Source: the human T2T-CHM13v2.0 reference genome, Homo sapiens. From it: 64,000 bases of DNA. The notes below the pieces were generated by a model. The model ran no database searches and was not told the DNA's origin. It saw only the letters and a program-made list of their open reading frames with translations. Location of the stretch: NCBI RefSeq assembly GCF_009914755.1, contig NC_060944.1; one strand, given 5' to 3'. The position numbers were made by a program, and so were the translations under genes. Of the stretch, positions 13,519 through 27,213 are shown one piece after another. Each line of letters begins with the position of its first letter. The stretch's first letter is position 1.

Positions 13519-13668
13519 AAACTAGTTCAGGTAAAGAAAAAACTAGTTTTTTTTTTTTTTTTTTTCTTTAAAAACTAGTTCAGGTAAAGAGTGAGATTCA
13601 AAAGAAAACTAGTTCAGGTAAAGAGTAAGAAAAAAACTAGTCCAGGTAAAGAGGGAGATTCAAAAAAA
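13519..13668. repeat. Local repeat cluster AAACTAGTTCAGGTAAAGA x4 with a poly-T insert
   Basis: Copies at 13519, 13572, 13606 and 13634 (one mismatch). Confidence 0.9.
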
Positions 13669-14389
13669 TTTACTTGATGCAGAAAGCTATACCATCTGAT
13701 GTAGGATGAGAAGTATTTGTTTTATGGCTAAAAAAAAAATAAGCCAATAAAATACGAAATGGAAGAGAAGACAGAAATGGAGCAGGGAACAGGAAGAGGG
13801 AGATGGGTCCAGGAGCCGAGGTTGGGTGTATGGACCATGCAGCTTCCCTGGGTCATGGGTTGGCCAAAAGGCATCTTAAGAATAGGCCTAATCTTCAACC
13901 AGTATGAACTTGTTTGTATCACTGCAACTTAAACCCCTCATCACAACAAAGCCCTCAAATCTTCAATAAAACTTTTCTGTGTCACAAATACTTAAATGAG
14001 TTGGGTTTTTCAGTGAAACTTGGAGGCATGGCTTCATTTAACATTTGTGTTGACATGGTGCAAGAGAGGCACCTTGCATGGAAGTAAGAGCTCAGAGCTA
14101 GAAGCGTTTGTGAGTCTGCCCTCCAGCCAATCCTGATCTCCATTTATGATAAAGTTCAAAGATATCTAGGCAGGAATTTTGATGTCTTTAAGGCTTGGAG
14201 TAAGTATTTGAGCTACTCTAGCAGGTTGAATCATATGAAGTTGCTTATACCCAGCCATACATAATCTAAAAATCTCAATTTCTTGTTTCACTTTGACAGA
14301 AAGCCTGACAGTGCCCATCTGGTGTTTGGTTTAGACTAAATTAAAACTCTCCTATAATCCGGTCTGCTGTGCCATCCTTATAGGTAAAA

Positions 14390-14495
14390 TTCATTCACTG
14401 TGTCCTATTTCTCTTTGTGTACCCAGCACATAACACAAAACCAGGGACGCAGTAGGCACTCAATAGACATGTGATAAATTAATTGAATAAGTGAT
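14390..14495 (+). mobile_element. L2 3' end
   Basis: 'cccagcacataacaca...gcagtaggcactcaata...tgaataa'. Confidence 0.65.
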
Positions 14496-16670
14496 AATGG
14501 ACTCCCCAATCCTGGAAGAATTGAGAAGAGAAGAAACAATTGGCAATGACTTTATAGAACTCGTTTATGCAGTGAGGAATTGGATGAGTATGTAGTAAAG
14601 GAAGCATTGGATAATATGACTTTTAAAGTCTCTTCCATATATGGGAATCTTTGGTAAATGCCACACATTAACTTCTAGAATGCATCATGCAGAAAGCTTC
14701 ATCTGAACCTAAAATTGTCAAAAAGGTCACCTGCAACCCTATTATTTTAGAATACATAGTTAGAACCTGGGATGTCCTACAAAAGTCTCCTGTTTTGTAA
14801 CCCAGTGTTCCTCCCAATTATTTATTTTGCCTATTTTCTGGCATATTGTAAAATTAAAAATTAATTTGGTGGTGATGGTGACAGGAAGTAATCACCAATA
14901 AATCTAAACACAAAGTTGTTTCTATTTACACAGCTTTTTCTGAACATCATTTGGAAGTACAAGAAATCTAGGAGCTATCAGTAGTAGATGACAACAGAAT
15001 AAGCAATGACCGATCTGCTTTCTTTCCCTTTGTGGAAGACAGAAAAATAGGCTAAGGAAAGAAGTACTAGTGAAGACAACACAGGAAAGAAATGAGACTC
15101 ATGGATACAGCATTCCAGAGAAAATAAAGCAATGGCTTTTTAAAAGGAAACTGACGGGTATGTTATAGGGACAGTAAGAAGACCAGCATGGCTGGAATAG
15201 AATAAAGGAGTAGAAAGGCAGTTGGCAAAAATAAGCCAGACAGAGGGGATGCCAGGAAATGGGTGGGGAAGAGCTGTCAGCCATTGTAAGGCTTCTGACT
15301 TTTTCTCTGCAACAGGAAGTTGTTGCTAAGACCTCACAGACTATTCCATCTACTTCACAATCACAAAAGCAAAGACATCTCTGAGTGAGAGATTGACAGA
15401 AGGAAAGGACAGGGAATAGGATGAACAAAAATCAGGAAAATGTTGTCTTGACAGCTTAATTGTTGCTTTGCAATTTTCCTCCCTTATCTTACTTTTACCC
15501 AGTGCAATTTGATACCAAAGTTTTTCAAGTGAGTTTCATCAATTCCTTTTATTTCTTTATCACAATCAAATGAACCTAGGCACCAAGACCACAGGCTGAT
15601 CAAAATAACAGAGAAAGAATGTAGGTTTTTTAAAATATGAAAATGTGGTTCCATTTTTGGATTCATTCACTTAGGTTAATCTTGATTATGGTTATTTGGT
15701 GAGAAATCAAATATTTTTGAAGGCCAGAAGGGAATGTCTATTTGGATAAAACATGTTGAACTAAATATGGTTCACCAAATTATTATATTTACACATTGTC
15801 CACACAAGAAAAATCTGAAATCTCCAGTTTCGGCGATCAACTTTTTAACCTTTCAAGGAAATTTTCCTGTAGAAAGAAGTAATTGTATATAATGAGGTGT
15901 GATTACGTTAAGTGGAAGGAGATGTACTATCCTTGCCAACTGTGCTAGCGAGTTGTTTGCCTGGCCTTCCCGAATGTGTCAGCAAGAACTTCTCCAAAAT
16001 AAGAGAAGAATTCCATCCAAGGCCATTTCTCAGATAAAAAGAAGGCAGAAGAGTATTTTATATCAAAGGCAAATACGGCAAAAAATTACTCTTAAATCTC
16101 GGTCATTTTTCTTCCAGATTAAAGAAAAGCCAGGGAACTTTTTCTCATAATTTCACATCCAAATTCCTGTTTGGGAATGCATTCTGAGAAATTTATGAAT
16201 CAGGAGACACTCTGCTTACTGCGACAGTAACTAGAATAAGAATCTGAATTGCTCCAATTTCTCAAAAAAAAAAAAAAACAGGTTTATTTTCTCTGTGAGT
16301 TCATGGGCAAGAGCTGGAGGGGTAGGTGTGTGGGGGGAAGTGGATGAATCCTATCTTTTGAAAGTAGGCTTCATCTGGAAGCTAAAAAGATCATGAAGGT
16401 CACCTTCAATGCTATTATTCTAGAATTCTAAGACAATAAGTATAGCTTTTATTTACTATTAAAATAGATTAGTTCACCAAGATCTCACTAAATTGGATGC
16501 AACCTATATGGCCACCTGAAATAGCCAGAAAAAGTGGATAAGCATGCGGAGAGGCCCCTGTGAAGGGCATAAGATTGGCATCACTGTGGGGTGCACGGTC
16601 ACTGTGGGAGTTCACTCAGCAGTGGTAGAGGGTAAGGTATTCATGTGTCACAAGTGTGGTTGAATCACAG

Positions 16671-16835
16671 GTGGTTTCCAAGTCTAGCTGAGCCTCAGAA
16701 TCAATTGTGGTGTTCTTGTTTGTTTTCTTTCTATATGCGGTGTCCTGGGATCTCAAATCATAATCACCAAGAGTAACCCTAAACATCCATCGTTTTAAAA
16801 GCTTCCCAGGGAGTCTGATGTGGGCAGGTCCTATG
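16671..16835. mobile_element. MER5A-like element
   Basis: 'gtggtttccaag...cagaatca...ttttaaaagcttcccagggagtctgatg'. Confidence 0.55.
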
Positions 16836-17739
16836 CCAGATTCAGCATCTAACATGTGTTTCTTAAGCCACTCAGTGGACCTGGCATTGCTCTAAGCCTT
16901 GGCTACAAAGTGGGGTATAGGGCTGGGGTTTGAGTTTAGGCCCGTGGACCTGTTTTCAAGGTGTTCACATTGTCTATCTCTTTCACTCTAGAGATGTCAT
17001 AGTTTTGTGTCCATAATAATGAGAAGGCCACTTAAAAACATATTCTATTGTGAAATATAACCAAATAATATTCACAACTATTATTTCTATTAATAATAAT
17101 AGCTTGTCAAAGGTCCAATCTTAAGTGCTAGGCAGATAATATTTTAATTTTTATTTTAATCCATTTTACAGATGAGGAAATGTAGAATTCAAGAGATTAA
17201 ATACATGGTTTACACCCCTCTGCCAAGGCAAGTGGGAGGGCATGAGGCAGAAGGAGGAGATAGGTTTAAAGCAACAAGGATGAGATTCTCTTCTACTTCT
17301 GTCTCACCCTAGAGCCTGTGATCTTACCTCTAATGCTACTCCCTCAAATATATATGAGTAGTTCAATATACATGGTTGAATACACATGTTATTGACATTC
17401 CTACAATATGTAGAGTTTTGACAAGCAGAACGGAAAATGTCCCTAGATTCTAAGTAGTCTAGGTATTCTAAGTAGTACTGTGATTATAGTGTCATATATC
17501 AAAGAGGAGTGAACTTTTTTATTTTCTTCCACAGGCCAGGTATCTATATACATTATCACTTAATTTATATCAGCAACAAGGTTTAATCTAAGCCCCAATT
17601 AGTATTGAGAAAGCTGAGTCCGAGGGGGCTAAGTTCAAAACTACATGCCCCAAGAGTGGTATATTTCAGGTCTTTGGATCTAAATATGGAATGTGCTTTT
17701 TTATTGCATCAACTTAGAAATCATATAATGAGCTCCTTA

Positions 17740-17950
17740 AAAGAAAAGCTGGGTTTATGTCTCAGCTCTGCTGCCACTTAAAAGCTGTATAATCTTGGTC
17801 AAGTTGTGAAACTTCTTTCAATTTCAGTTTCCTCATCTACAAAAGCAGAATAATAATAGTAATAGTTATCTCAAAGGGTGAGGATTACATGTTAATAAAG
17901 CAGCTAATGAAGTGTCTAGGAAATACAGACAATAATGCTATTGTTTATTA
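17740..17950 (+). mobile_element. MIR
   Basis: 'cagctctg...ccactta...cttggtcaagtt...cagtttcctcatctacaaaa'. Confidence 0.75.
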
Positions 17951-18139
17951 TTAAAGTTAATTTTAACAATACTTGTAGACAGTATGTTCTATTAAACTCT
18001 CAGAAAATGGAAGTTATGGAGGCAGAAAACAGTGAGAGATAAGAAGGAATTGGAAAGGATATTCCCTAAGAAATAAGGCAAAATTGTAAGCTAAGTAAAT
18101 AGGTAGTGTAATTTATTGTTTTCTTTGCCTTTTTAAAAA

Positions 18140-18920
<781 letters not shown>

Positions 18921-18921
18921 G

Positions 18922-19750
18922 TGTGGGTAGCATGCCTGCCTTTCAACAGGTTTGTGGAGAAACAGACTGAGATGGAGATTTGCTCACATCAAGTCCTTGA
19001 GAGCAACACCCATCTAAGAAATGTAGGAGACAGGATTGAGCAGAGAGAGAAGTTGAGCTGTAATGTGTTTGATATCATTTGGCTCTGTGTCCCTACCCAA
19101 ATCTCATGCCAAGTTGTAATCCCCAGTGTTGGAGGAGGGGCCTGATGGGAGGTGATTGGATCACAGGGGTGGATTTCCCCCTTTCTGTTCTCATGATAGT
19201 GAGTTCTCACGAGATCTGGTTGTTTACAAGTGTGTAGCACCTCCCCCTTTGCTCTCTTCTTCTTGCTCCGGCCACATTAGACGTGCCTGCTTACTCTTCC
19301 TCTTGCACCATGATTTTAAGTTTCCTGAGGCCTCCCCAGCCATGCTTCCGGTACAGCCTGTGGAACTGTGGGTCAGTTAAAACCTCTTTTCTTTATAAAT
19401 TACCCAGTCTCAGGTAGTTCTTTATAACAATGCGAGAACAGACTTTGTTTGCAACAAAGGGCTCAGCCAACCCCACGAGCTGCTCTGAGTTAGGATGTCC
19501 CAGCAGAATTGGCCTGCCTTTGGTTCATGAGATCAGATTTTCATGTCTGTCTTCTTCCACCCACACATTGGCCAGCTAACCCTAGGAAGGGGATGTGACT
19601 CTATGCACGTGGTTCTCTTCACCTGAAAGCAATTTCTGGATAAGACATCAACTGAGAACCATCAGCCACCATCACTCCCAGCAGCTGGGAAATGAGCATC
19701 TCTGTCATGGAACAGGGATCTGGGTGACAGACTATAGCATCCGTCACAAT
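18922..19750 (-). mobile_element. Old ERVL-class LTR (LTR67B/LTR33-like), split by an MST LTR
   Basis: 'gagatggagatt...caggattgagcagagagagaagttgagctg' continues after the MST as 'caacaaagggctcagccaacccca'. Confidence 0.5.
19070..19444 (+). mobile_element. MSTA/MSTB solo LTR
   Basis: tgatatcatttggctctgtgtccctacccaaatctc...tacccagtctcaggtagttcttta. Confidence 0.9.
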
Positions 19751-19754
19751 GACC

Positions 19755-19870
19755 ACACAATGAATCATTCAGACTGGGATACTTCTGAAAGTAAAAGGGG
19801 TTCTTATTAATAATCAGCTGAGGAAGCAAACATATATAAAGAATGTCCCAGCTAAACTGATACATGATAT
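19755..19870. mobile_element. MER94-like hAT element
   Basis: 'actgggatacttctgaaagtaaaagggg...tattaataat...tgtcccagctaaact'; second copy at 22930-23047 in the opposite orientation. Confidence 0.55.
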
Positions 19871-20544
19871 AATTTACTCATTCATAGACTGCAGTACACA
19901 GTGTAGATTTAATTTTAAGTGTTCTGGAAGGCCAGGTTACTTAGAATGTATTTGCATTACTGGCCTCAAAACATGCTGGACAGCGTCAACTCTACTTTCT
20001 CAGAAGATCTAGTTGCAGGTCTCTGAAAAAGAAAATACCCCAGAACTGGGGTGTTGCTGCTGCCGCCTCTACCTTATTTTGGCTGCTTTTGTTTCAGGGC
20101 TCTCATAGGCATCACTGCCTCGTCAGCCTCCTACTGCCTTGATGCCTCTCATATTGAATATCAATACCGCGGTAATTTTGCAACCACTAAACTGATTTAA
20201 AGATGAAATGGAAACAGTTCAATATCAGCAAAGATGTTAAAATTACATATTTTGAGGCTCTGTGTCATGAGAGGAAAGTGAATAAAGGCTTTGTGTTCCC
20301 AGGAGGAGACTGAGAGCAAGGGGTGAAGGAGTGGGAGAGAAAGATTACAGCGCTGGTGGGCTCAAGAAGAGCCATTCCACCAAGGCTCAGAATAAACACA
20401 ACAGGCAAGAGTTTACTTACAGGCTAACGCGGATTTGAAAATGATATCAAACCCTTCCAGATGCTGACTGTTAGCATAGATGAGTCAATTCACAGATGGT
20501 TGTAAACAGCCTGTGCCAATGGAGATGGAGAACACTGTCCCTGT

Positions 20545-21060
20545 AGTGGGGATTCTTAATCAAGGACCCACAGACCCCTAAAGGGGTTCACAGGTAGAAC
20601 TCAGGGAGTCTGTAAAGTTGGATGTAAAGGATGTCACACCTTTACTTTCACTAACCTCTAATTTAAATTTAGCAATCCTTTTACTTATGAATGTGAGCAA
20701 TAAACCCTAATAGGCTAGAAACGCCTGTGACTTTATCACAAATGGAAATCACTGACATGCTCATATCATAATAGGGTTCTTGCAAGTTCCTCAAAATCTC
20801 TTTCACTTTCATCACTTTTTAATTATAAGAGTCATGAGACGTATCATTAGATCTCATTTTTTAGTGTGTTAATAAAGAAGTGTATAAACCGTAAATACTA
20901 TACCATAAATATGGTTAAGTATTTTGATAATTGTTTTAATACTATTGATTTCTTTCTGTTTCTAAGCCTATATATTTATGGTGTGTACTTAAGGGTTTCT
21001 GTTGATTTTACCAGACTACGTAAAATGTCCGTGGGACACAAATTGGCAAATGCCCTACCC
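20545..21060. mobile_element. Charlie4a-like hAT element
   Basis: 'ttcttaat...gacccctaaagggg...tttcactaacctcta...gttaataaagaag...ttttgataattg'. Confidence 0.65.
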
Positions 21061-21241
21061 CAGATTCCTGTATTTAGGGATATGCCACTACATCTTCACT
21101 TCACAGCAGGTACAATCCTCAGTCCACAATACAGGTAGATAAGATTTATTGCATTTGTTTGCTTTCTTTGAATCAAATGTTGAGTTTAGCTGCAGTCTAA
21201 ATCTGGGGAGTTCTGTATTCCTCGCCTTCTAGATGTCACAG

Positions 21242-21775
21242 TGTGAACCCTAAAATTGGAGTACAACCTGAGAGGGTACATGGGCTCTTGGCTTCACACA
21301 GGAAAGAATTCAAGAGCAAGCCAACAGAGTAAAGTGAAAGCAAGTTTATCAAAAAAGTAAAGAAATAAAAAAGTGGCTACTCCTTAGGCAGAGCAGCCCT
21401 GAGGGCTGCTGGTTGGCCATTTTACTATTTCTTGATCATATGCTAAACAAAATGTAGATAATTCGTGAGTTTTTCAGGGAAAGTATGGGAAATTCCTAGA
21501 ACTGACTCCCCTACCCCCACCCTTTCAGGTCATATAGAGTAACTTCCAGATGTTGCCATGACATTTGTAAACTGTCATGACACTGGTAGGAGTTTTCTTT
21601 AGTATGCTAATGTATTATAATTAGCATATAATGAGGAGTGAGAAAGGCCACTGGTCACTTTCATAGCCATCTTGGTTTGGGTGGGTTTTGTCTAGCTTCT
21701 TTACCGCATCCTGTTTTATCAGGAGTCTGCATGACCTGTATCTTGTGAAAGCAGTCCTGCCAAACTCTTACCTCC
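21242..21775 (-). mobile_element. MER41-family solo LTR (MER41C-like)
   Basis: 'ggctactcc...gcagccctgagggctgctggttg', 'ttgccatgacatttgtaaactgtcatg' and 'gccatcttggttt' are the antisense MER41 core. Confidence 0.85.
21473..21501. promoter_or_regulatory. Tandem GAS (STAT) motifs TTCAGGGAA and TTCCTAGAA in the MER41 LTR
   Basis: Two TTCN3GAA matches starting 20 bp apart, at the position of the known MER41 STAT1 sites. Confidence 0.5.
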
Positions 21776-22576
21776 TAGAGGTTTCCATAATATCATGGAG
21801 TTGCAGTAGAGAAATGTGCAATAGCTGATAATATAGTTCTACTCATGCACAAATCATTTTGGACAGACCTCAATTTCCAATGTGCCCAGGGTGTGGAGGG
21901 TGGTAGTAGCAGGATAGGTAAAAGGTGAATGATGTTATTCTTTGGGTCCCTCATATTTTGAGATCCAGAGAATATGGATTGGCCCCCAACTGACTTCAAA
22001 AGGAAATGTCTCTTAGATGACTGGCACCAATAAACCAGCCTTTGTGGTTTTGCTAGAGGCAACTGACCTGTCTAGTGATGGCCCCTTTTAGTGGCTCTGA
22101 GTGTTACCCAAGACTTTTCATCAGTGATAGCAGTTGCTGCTGAGGGTCACAGAGAGCCACTTTTAAATACACACTCTTTCAACTGAGACCACAATAATGC
22201 TTCAACCATTTAAAATTTGTCATGTGCACTTCAAAGAACAAAGTCTTCCTCTCTTACTACATTGCTGCTTAAAAAAAAAAAAAAAAAGAAGAAAACCTCT
22301 CAAAATCAATTTAGCTCACTGCTCTTCAATATTCAAACTCTGTCATTACAAAATCCAAAACATTCTTTTGAAACAATTTTTATAAGTATCGAACTTGCTT
22401 TCTTTGCTTTAGAAAGCAAAGTAATGGCTTTCTAAAACCAGCACCTATCAGAGGCATAATAAAATTCTCTTTCAGGGACTGAAGATTTTTCAGTGATTCC
22501 CCCCAAAATCAACTTAGACATGACCTTCCTGCTTCCGGGTCATGGAACTACCCTGGGATCTTTCACTGTGCTCAGG

Positions 22577-22929
22577 TGAGGCAGGAAAATTGGGTCTGGT
22601 GTCAGGGAACCTAAGGCCAATTCACACTTCGGCTATGACAGGAAATATTTTCTCCGTAGGGCATATGCCGAGTAAATGACTCTAACTTTACTTCATCCTC
22701 TTCATTTACATAGGGCGTATACCAAGTAACCAATGGAATCCTCTAAAGGGTATTTAAACTCCCCAAAACTCTCTAACAGGGCCCTTGAGCTCCTATGCTC
22801 CAGCCCGCTCGCAAACTGTGGAGTGTACTTTCATTTTCAATAAATCTCTTCATTCCTTTCTTTCTTTGTGCTTTTTGTCTAATTCTTTTTTCAAGACCCC
22901 AAGGACCTGGACACCCTCTACTGGTAACA
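22577..22929 (+). mobile_element. ERV1 solo LTR (MER51-like)
   Basis: TG...CA ends (tgaggcaggaaaat...ggtaaca), with CCAAT, tatttaaa and aataaa in LTR order. Confidence 0.8.
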
Positions 22930-24639
22930 TAAACACTATGTCCCAGTTTGCCTGGCATTGTCCCAGTTTGTGCTGTTGCCCTGGCCTAGTGCCTCCTTTC
23001 ATCTTAAATGTGTCTTAGTCTAGATGATAAATTTCATGGTCATTCTGGCCATTAGTCCATGCAGGCTATGGCTGCCACATCTACTTCTTTGTATGCCTGA
23101 GCCTTCCAGGTACAGGGACTAGGCTACTCCTGAGCCATTCCTGGGGAAGGCCATCTCCTCAGAGGCCTTGACACTTGCACAGGATTCTGCTACCAGAGTT
23201 TAAAGGGTCCATGCTTTCCTGGCTGCCTCACAGAATTCCTCCTTACCCTTCCCTACTTCTCCCTGACTCCAATTAGAACTCCTTCCAAGGGTTAATTTCT
23301 TCATACATGGAAGAAAATAATAACATGGCAGCTGGCTATGGCTTTGAGCCTGTGAAACAAACGTCCCTAGGCGCAAAGAGACACAAAGGAGATTAGCAGA
23401 CACCCTTTCATGGATGTGGGAGCCTCTTCACGGATTTAATTATCCTATAGGGGTATGCACATTTGTTTAGGCCATTTTACAACTCTGTAGAGACACAAGT
23501 TAACTTGTAGAAAACTGGTTATAGCAAAAATATTTCATGTCTATACACATGCAAAGTCTCTCCAGAGAAGGCAAAATTATTTCTCTCCCCGGTGTAGAAA
23601 AATTCAGTTTGTACCTATTTGTCAATTTATGCCAGCATCTTTAATCTATAGAAGCATTGTACTTGAATTCTCCTTTGAAGCAGTTGTTACAGTTCACTTA
23701 TTAATAAGTAAAATCTTTGGCAGTTGTTCATTTGTATCTGTATGAAAGCCATGATCCTTTTTTTTTTTTTTCTTGAAAATTATCCTCTAACACCTGGTTA
23801 GCTGCTTGAAACAGCAGAGAGAGGAAAATAAAGGAACAACACAAGCTAATAGTTCAATAAAATATCTCGTCACCTCCATTTATTCTTTCCTTTTTCCCAT
23901 CACATACAGTCTATGCGTGACTGTGGCACTGTACAATACAGCTTTTAACTTGAGATGCAGATTCTATTTAGTTCTGGATTCTCCTTTCCAGTCCTTGAGG
24001 CTAATTCTTAGACTTTACACTCTGAACACCAGCTCTCAACAAATCTATGGATTCCTCCCTTGGTGGTCTACATTAACAATTTCCCCGGAGAGTAATTGCG
24101 AAGACCATTTGTGTTCATTTTGCATAAAAATGACAGAACCGAACAGAATTTGCATAGGCATCCATCTGCCATGCTTGAGCTAAAATATTACCCTTCAAAA
24201 TCCCAATTCAACCAATTTTGAGTGACTGCCCAAAATTTGTGGCCAAGCCTGTCACCTCTCTTCTCAAATGACATCCACGGTACCCCGTTGCCTGAAGAGT
24301 AGGTTCCAAACCAGTTACTTCGATGCTTTCAAAGTCCTTTGGCATCTGGCTCACTCTATCCTGTGACATAGCACTCCCCACAGAACACAGAAGTTATACA
24401 AAAGACCTATCATTTCCAAGCATAACAGGTGATTTTTGTGTCTTCTATTCTCGATTCATGCTGTGCCCTCCACCATGCGACTCCTTTCTCTGCCTTCTGA
24501 ACTTTTACTCTGCAAATCTGAGCTTAGATTAACCTGACCCTCTCTGTTACCCTTTCCTCCCCAGTAAAATTCCATGGACCTCATATCTGTAATCTTATAA
24601 CACTTCAACCATATCACAAATAAAACACCTGATCATAGT

Positions 24640-24805
24640 TAAGATCAGCTACAACATTCGCAGGGCTCAGGGCAAAAAGAAAAATTGTGGGGTCCCTCAT
24701 TCAAATTTATTAAGATGTCAATAGAAGCATTAAACCAAGTGCAAGGTCCTTCTGAGTATAGGGTCTGTGGGACTGCACAGGTCACACTCCCTTGAAGTCT
24801 GTTCA
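24640..24805. mobile_element. MER45A-like element
   Basis: 'gcattaaaccaagtgc...ccttctgag...gactgcacaggtcacac'. Confidence 0.65.
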
Positions 24806-24904
24806 CAGTTCTCATAAGTATTTGCTCACATGTCAGCCTGAGCCCCGTGGCTTTTCACCGCCTGAGAATTAAAAATCAAATCCTAAGCTCCCCAAGTGGA
24901 CTGA

Positions 24905-25248
<344 letters not shown>

Positions 25249-25820
25249 CCAAGAGAAGTCTTCACAACTGAGTTCCTGGCTATGACTGGTCAGAAAGTCA
25301 GGCAAGCCTCATTATAGCTCCTCCCTCACTAACTGCCATTCGACTTGCTTTCCTAAGGGCTAAACAGAAACCAGCCCTTTTGAAAGATGTGCCATACTCC
25401 CCTCCCTTCTTGTGGTTTTGACAAAACAACTGACCGGCATTTCTTCTTGATAAGAGAAAGGGACTGGCTCTGGCTAGTCTACAGAGACTGTGCATGAGAT
25501 GCCTCTGTGTCCTTCATATCACCTTTTCATGTATCAAGCCAAACTGGAATGCATTTAAATGTTAAGCCTCCACCCCAAAGTGAACACGGGACATATGCAA
25601 CACACATTTGCTTATTACACACGTGTGCACCCTCCTTTGTGACTGTTTATAGTTCCTCCTGTTACCTGTTGATAACGTATACTTAGCCTACCTGTTCAGC
25701 TTCAATTCCTGTCTCATCCTTCCTTCTCTGAAGTGCTCGCGTCTGGTTTTTGCCAGGGGCTGTGCTTCCCAGCCTGCAGGATGGCCAGGCTGCAGGCTGC
25801 AACCCTTTATAAAAAATGAA

Positions 25821-25996
25821 AAGGAGACGAATAGCATCAGGATAAATAGCTAATGCATGTGGGGCTTAACACCTCAGTGATGTGTTGATGGGTGCAGCAA
25901 ACCACCATGGCACATGTTTTCCTATGTAACAAACCTGCGTGTCCTGCTCATGTATCCGAGAGCTTAAAATAAAATTTAAAAATTCAATTTAAAAAA
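25821..25996 (+). mobile_element. 5'-truncated L1PA 3' end
   Basis: 'gggtgcagcaaaccaccatggcacatg...tatgtaacaaacctgc' plus A-rich tail. Confidence 0.9.
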
Positions 25997-26001
25997 GGCA
26001 G

Positions 26002-26529
26002 TGTCAGAGGCATTGGAACCAGAGCGACTCCATCTTGAGTGAGGGCTGGAAAATGAGGCTGAAACCTGCTGGGCTGCTTTCCCAGAAAGTCAGACATTCA
26101 GAGCCCCTAGATGTTTATGGTTAAGGAACAAATTAATAATGTTTACTAAACAGACCCAGACTTGGGAGTGTCCAGATATCCCACTATCTGGAGAACAAAG
26201 GCATTCCTAATTTTGCTTTAAAGATAATAATATCGATTCTTGCAAAATATAATAAGAAAATTAATCCTTACCACAAAAATTAATACCACAAACCATTGTA
26301 CCAGAACACACCTGCCCATATAATCAAGCATTGTACCTAGGGTGGATGCGTTCCTTCTCTTACTTTCAGGAACATCCTACTCTGTCTATGGAGTAGCTGT
26401 CCTTTCACCATTTTACTTTCTTAATAAAATTGCTTTCACTTTGCACTGAGAACTCGCCCTGAATTATTTCTTGCGTGAGATCCAAGAACCCTTTCTTGGG
26501 GTCTGGATCAGGACCCCTTTCCTGTAACA
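26002..26529 (+). mobile_element. MER41-family solo LTR (MER41D/E-like)
   Basis: tgtcagaggc...ccagagcgactccatcttga...ggacccctttcctgtaaca; TSD GCAG. Confidence 0.85.
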
Positions 26530-26715
26530 GCAGGCTTTGGAGGGGAAATTGTTACAATATTTTTGAAAAATAATGGACATTATCTAATAAAATCTAAAAT
26601 ATATTAAAAAAATAAAGCTCTCCTTTCCAAATGTATAAACATTGTGGTTCACCAGTTGATAGCCCTGCCCCCATTGCAAATCTTCAGTTTTCTCATTCTG
26701 AACCTCTTGGTCACT

Positions 26716-27213
26716 GTGAGTTTTCTCTTGCTGGTGTAACAAATTACCAAAAACTTGGTGGCTTAAAACAACACAAATTTATTCTCATACATTCTGATGG
26801 CCAGCAATCCTAATTCCCTGTAACTGGACTAAGATCAAGGTGTCAATAAGGTTGGTTTCTTCTGGAGGCTCCAGGGAAGAATACATGTCCCTGCCTTTCC
26901 CAGCTTCTAGAAGCTGCCAGCATTCCTTGACAGGTGGCCCCTTCCTTCATCTTGAAAGCACATGACTCCAATATTTTCTTGCTTTGTTACATCACTTTCT
27001 CTCTGATTCTGACTTCTCTTGTCTTCCTCTTATAGACTCCTATGGTTACATCAAGCCCGCTTGGATAATCCAGCATGATCTCCCCATCTCAAAATCATTA
27101 ACTTAATCACATCTGCAAAGCAATTTTGTGCTATATAAGGTGATAGTTATAGGTTCTGAGGATTAGGACATGAATTTGTTGGGGATGGGGGAGGTTATTT
27201 TTCTGTCACCACA
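26716..27213 (-). mobile_element. MLT1C/D-type MaLR LTR
   Basis: 'gtaacaaattacca...tggcttaaaacaacacaaatttatt...aacttaatcacatctgcaaag'. Confidence 0.8.

Noticed and set aside
13519-13668. Repeat-spacer layout resembling a CRISPR array
   Set aside because: Primate DNA with no cas genes; the spacers are short, irregular and themselves duplicated
19940-20430. Strong-looking splice signals on both strands around 20020-20420
   Set aside because: Orientations conflict and the partner sites are weak; I cannot distinguish them from chance
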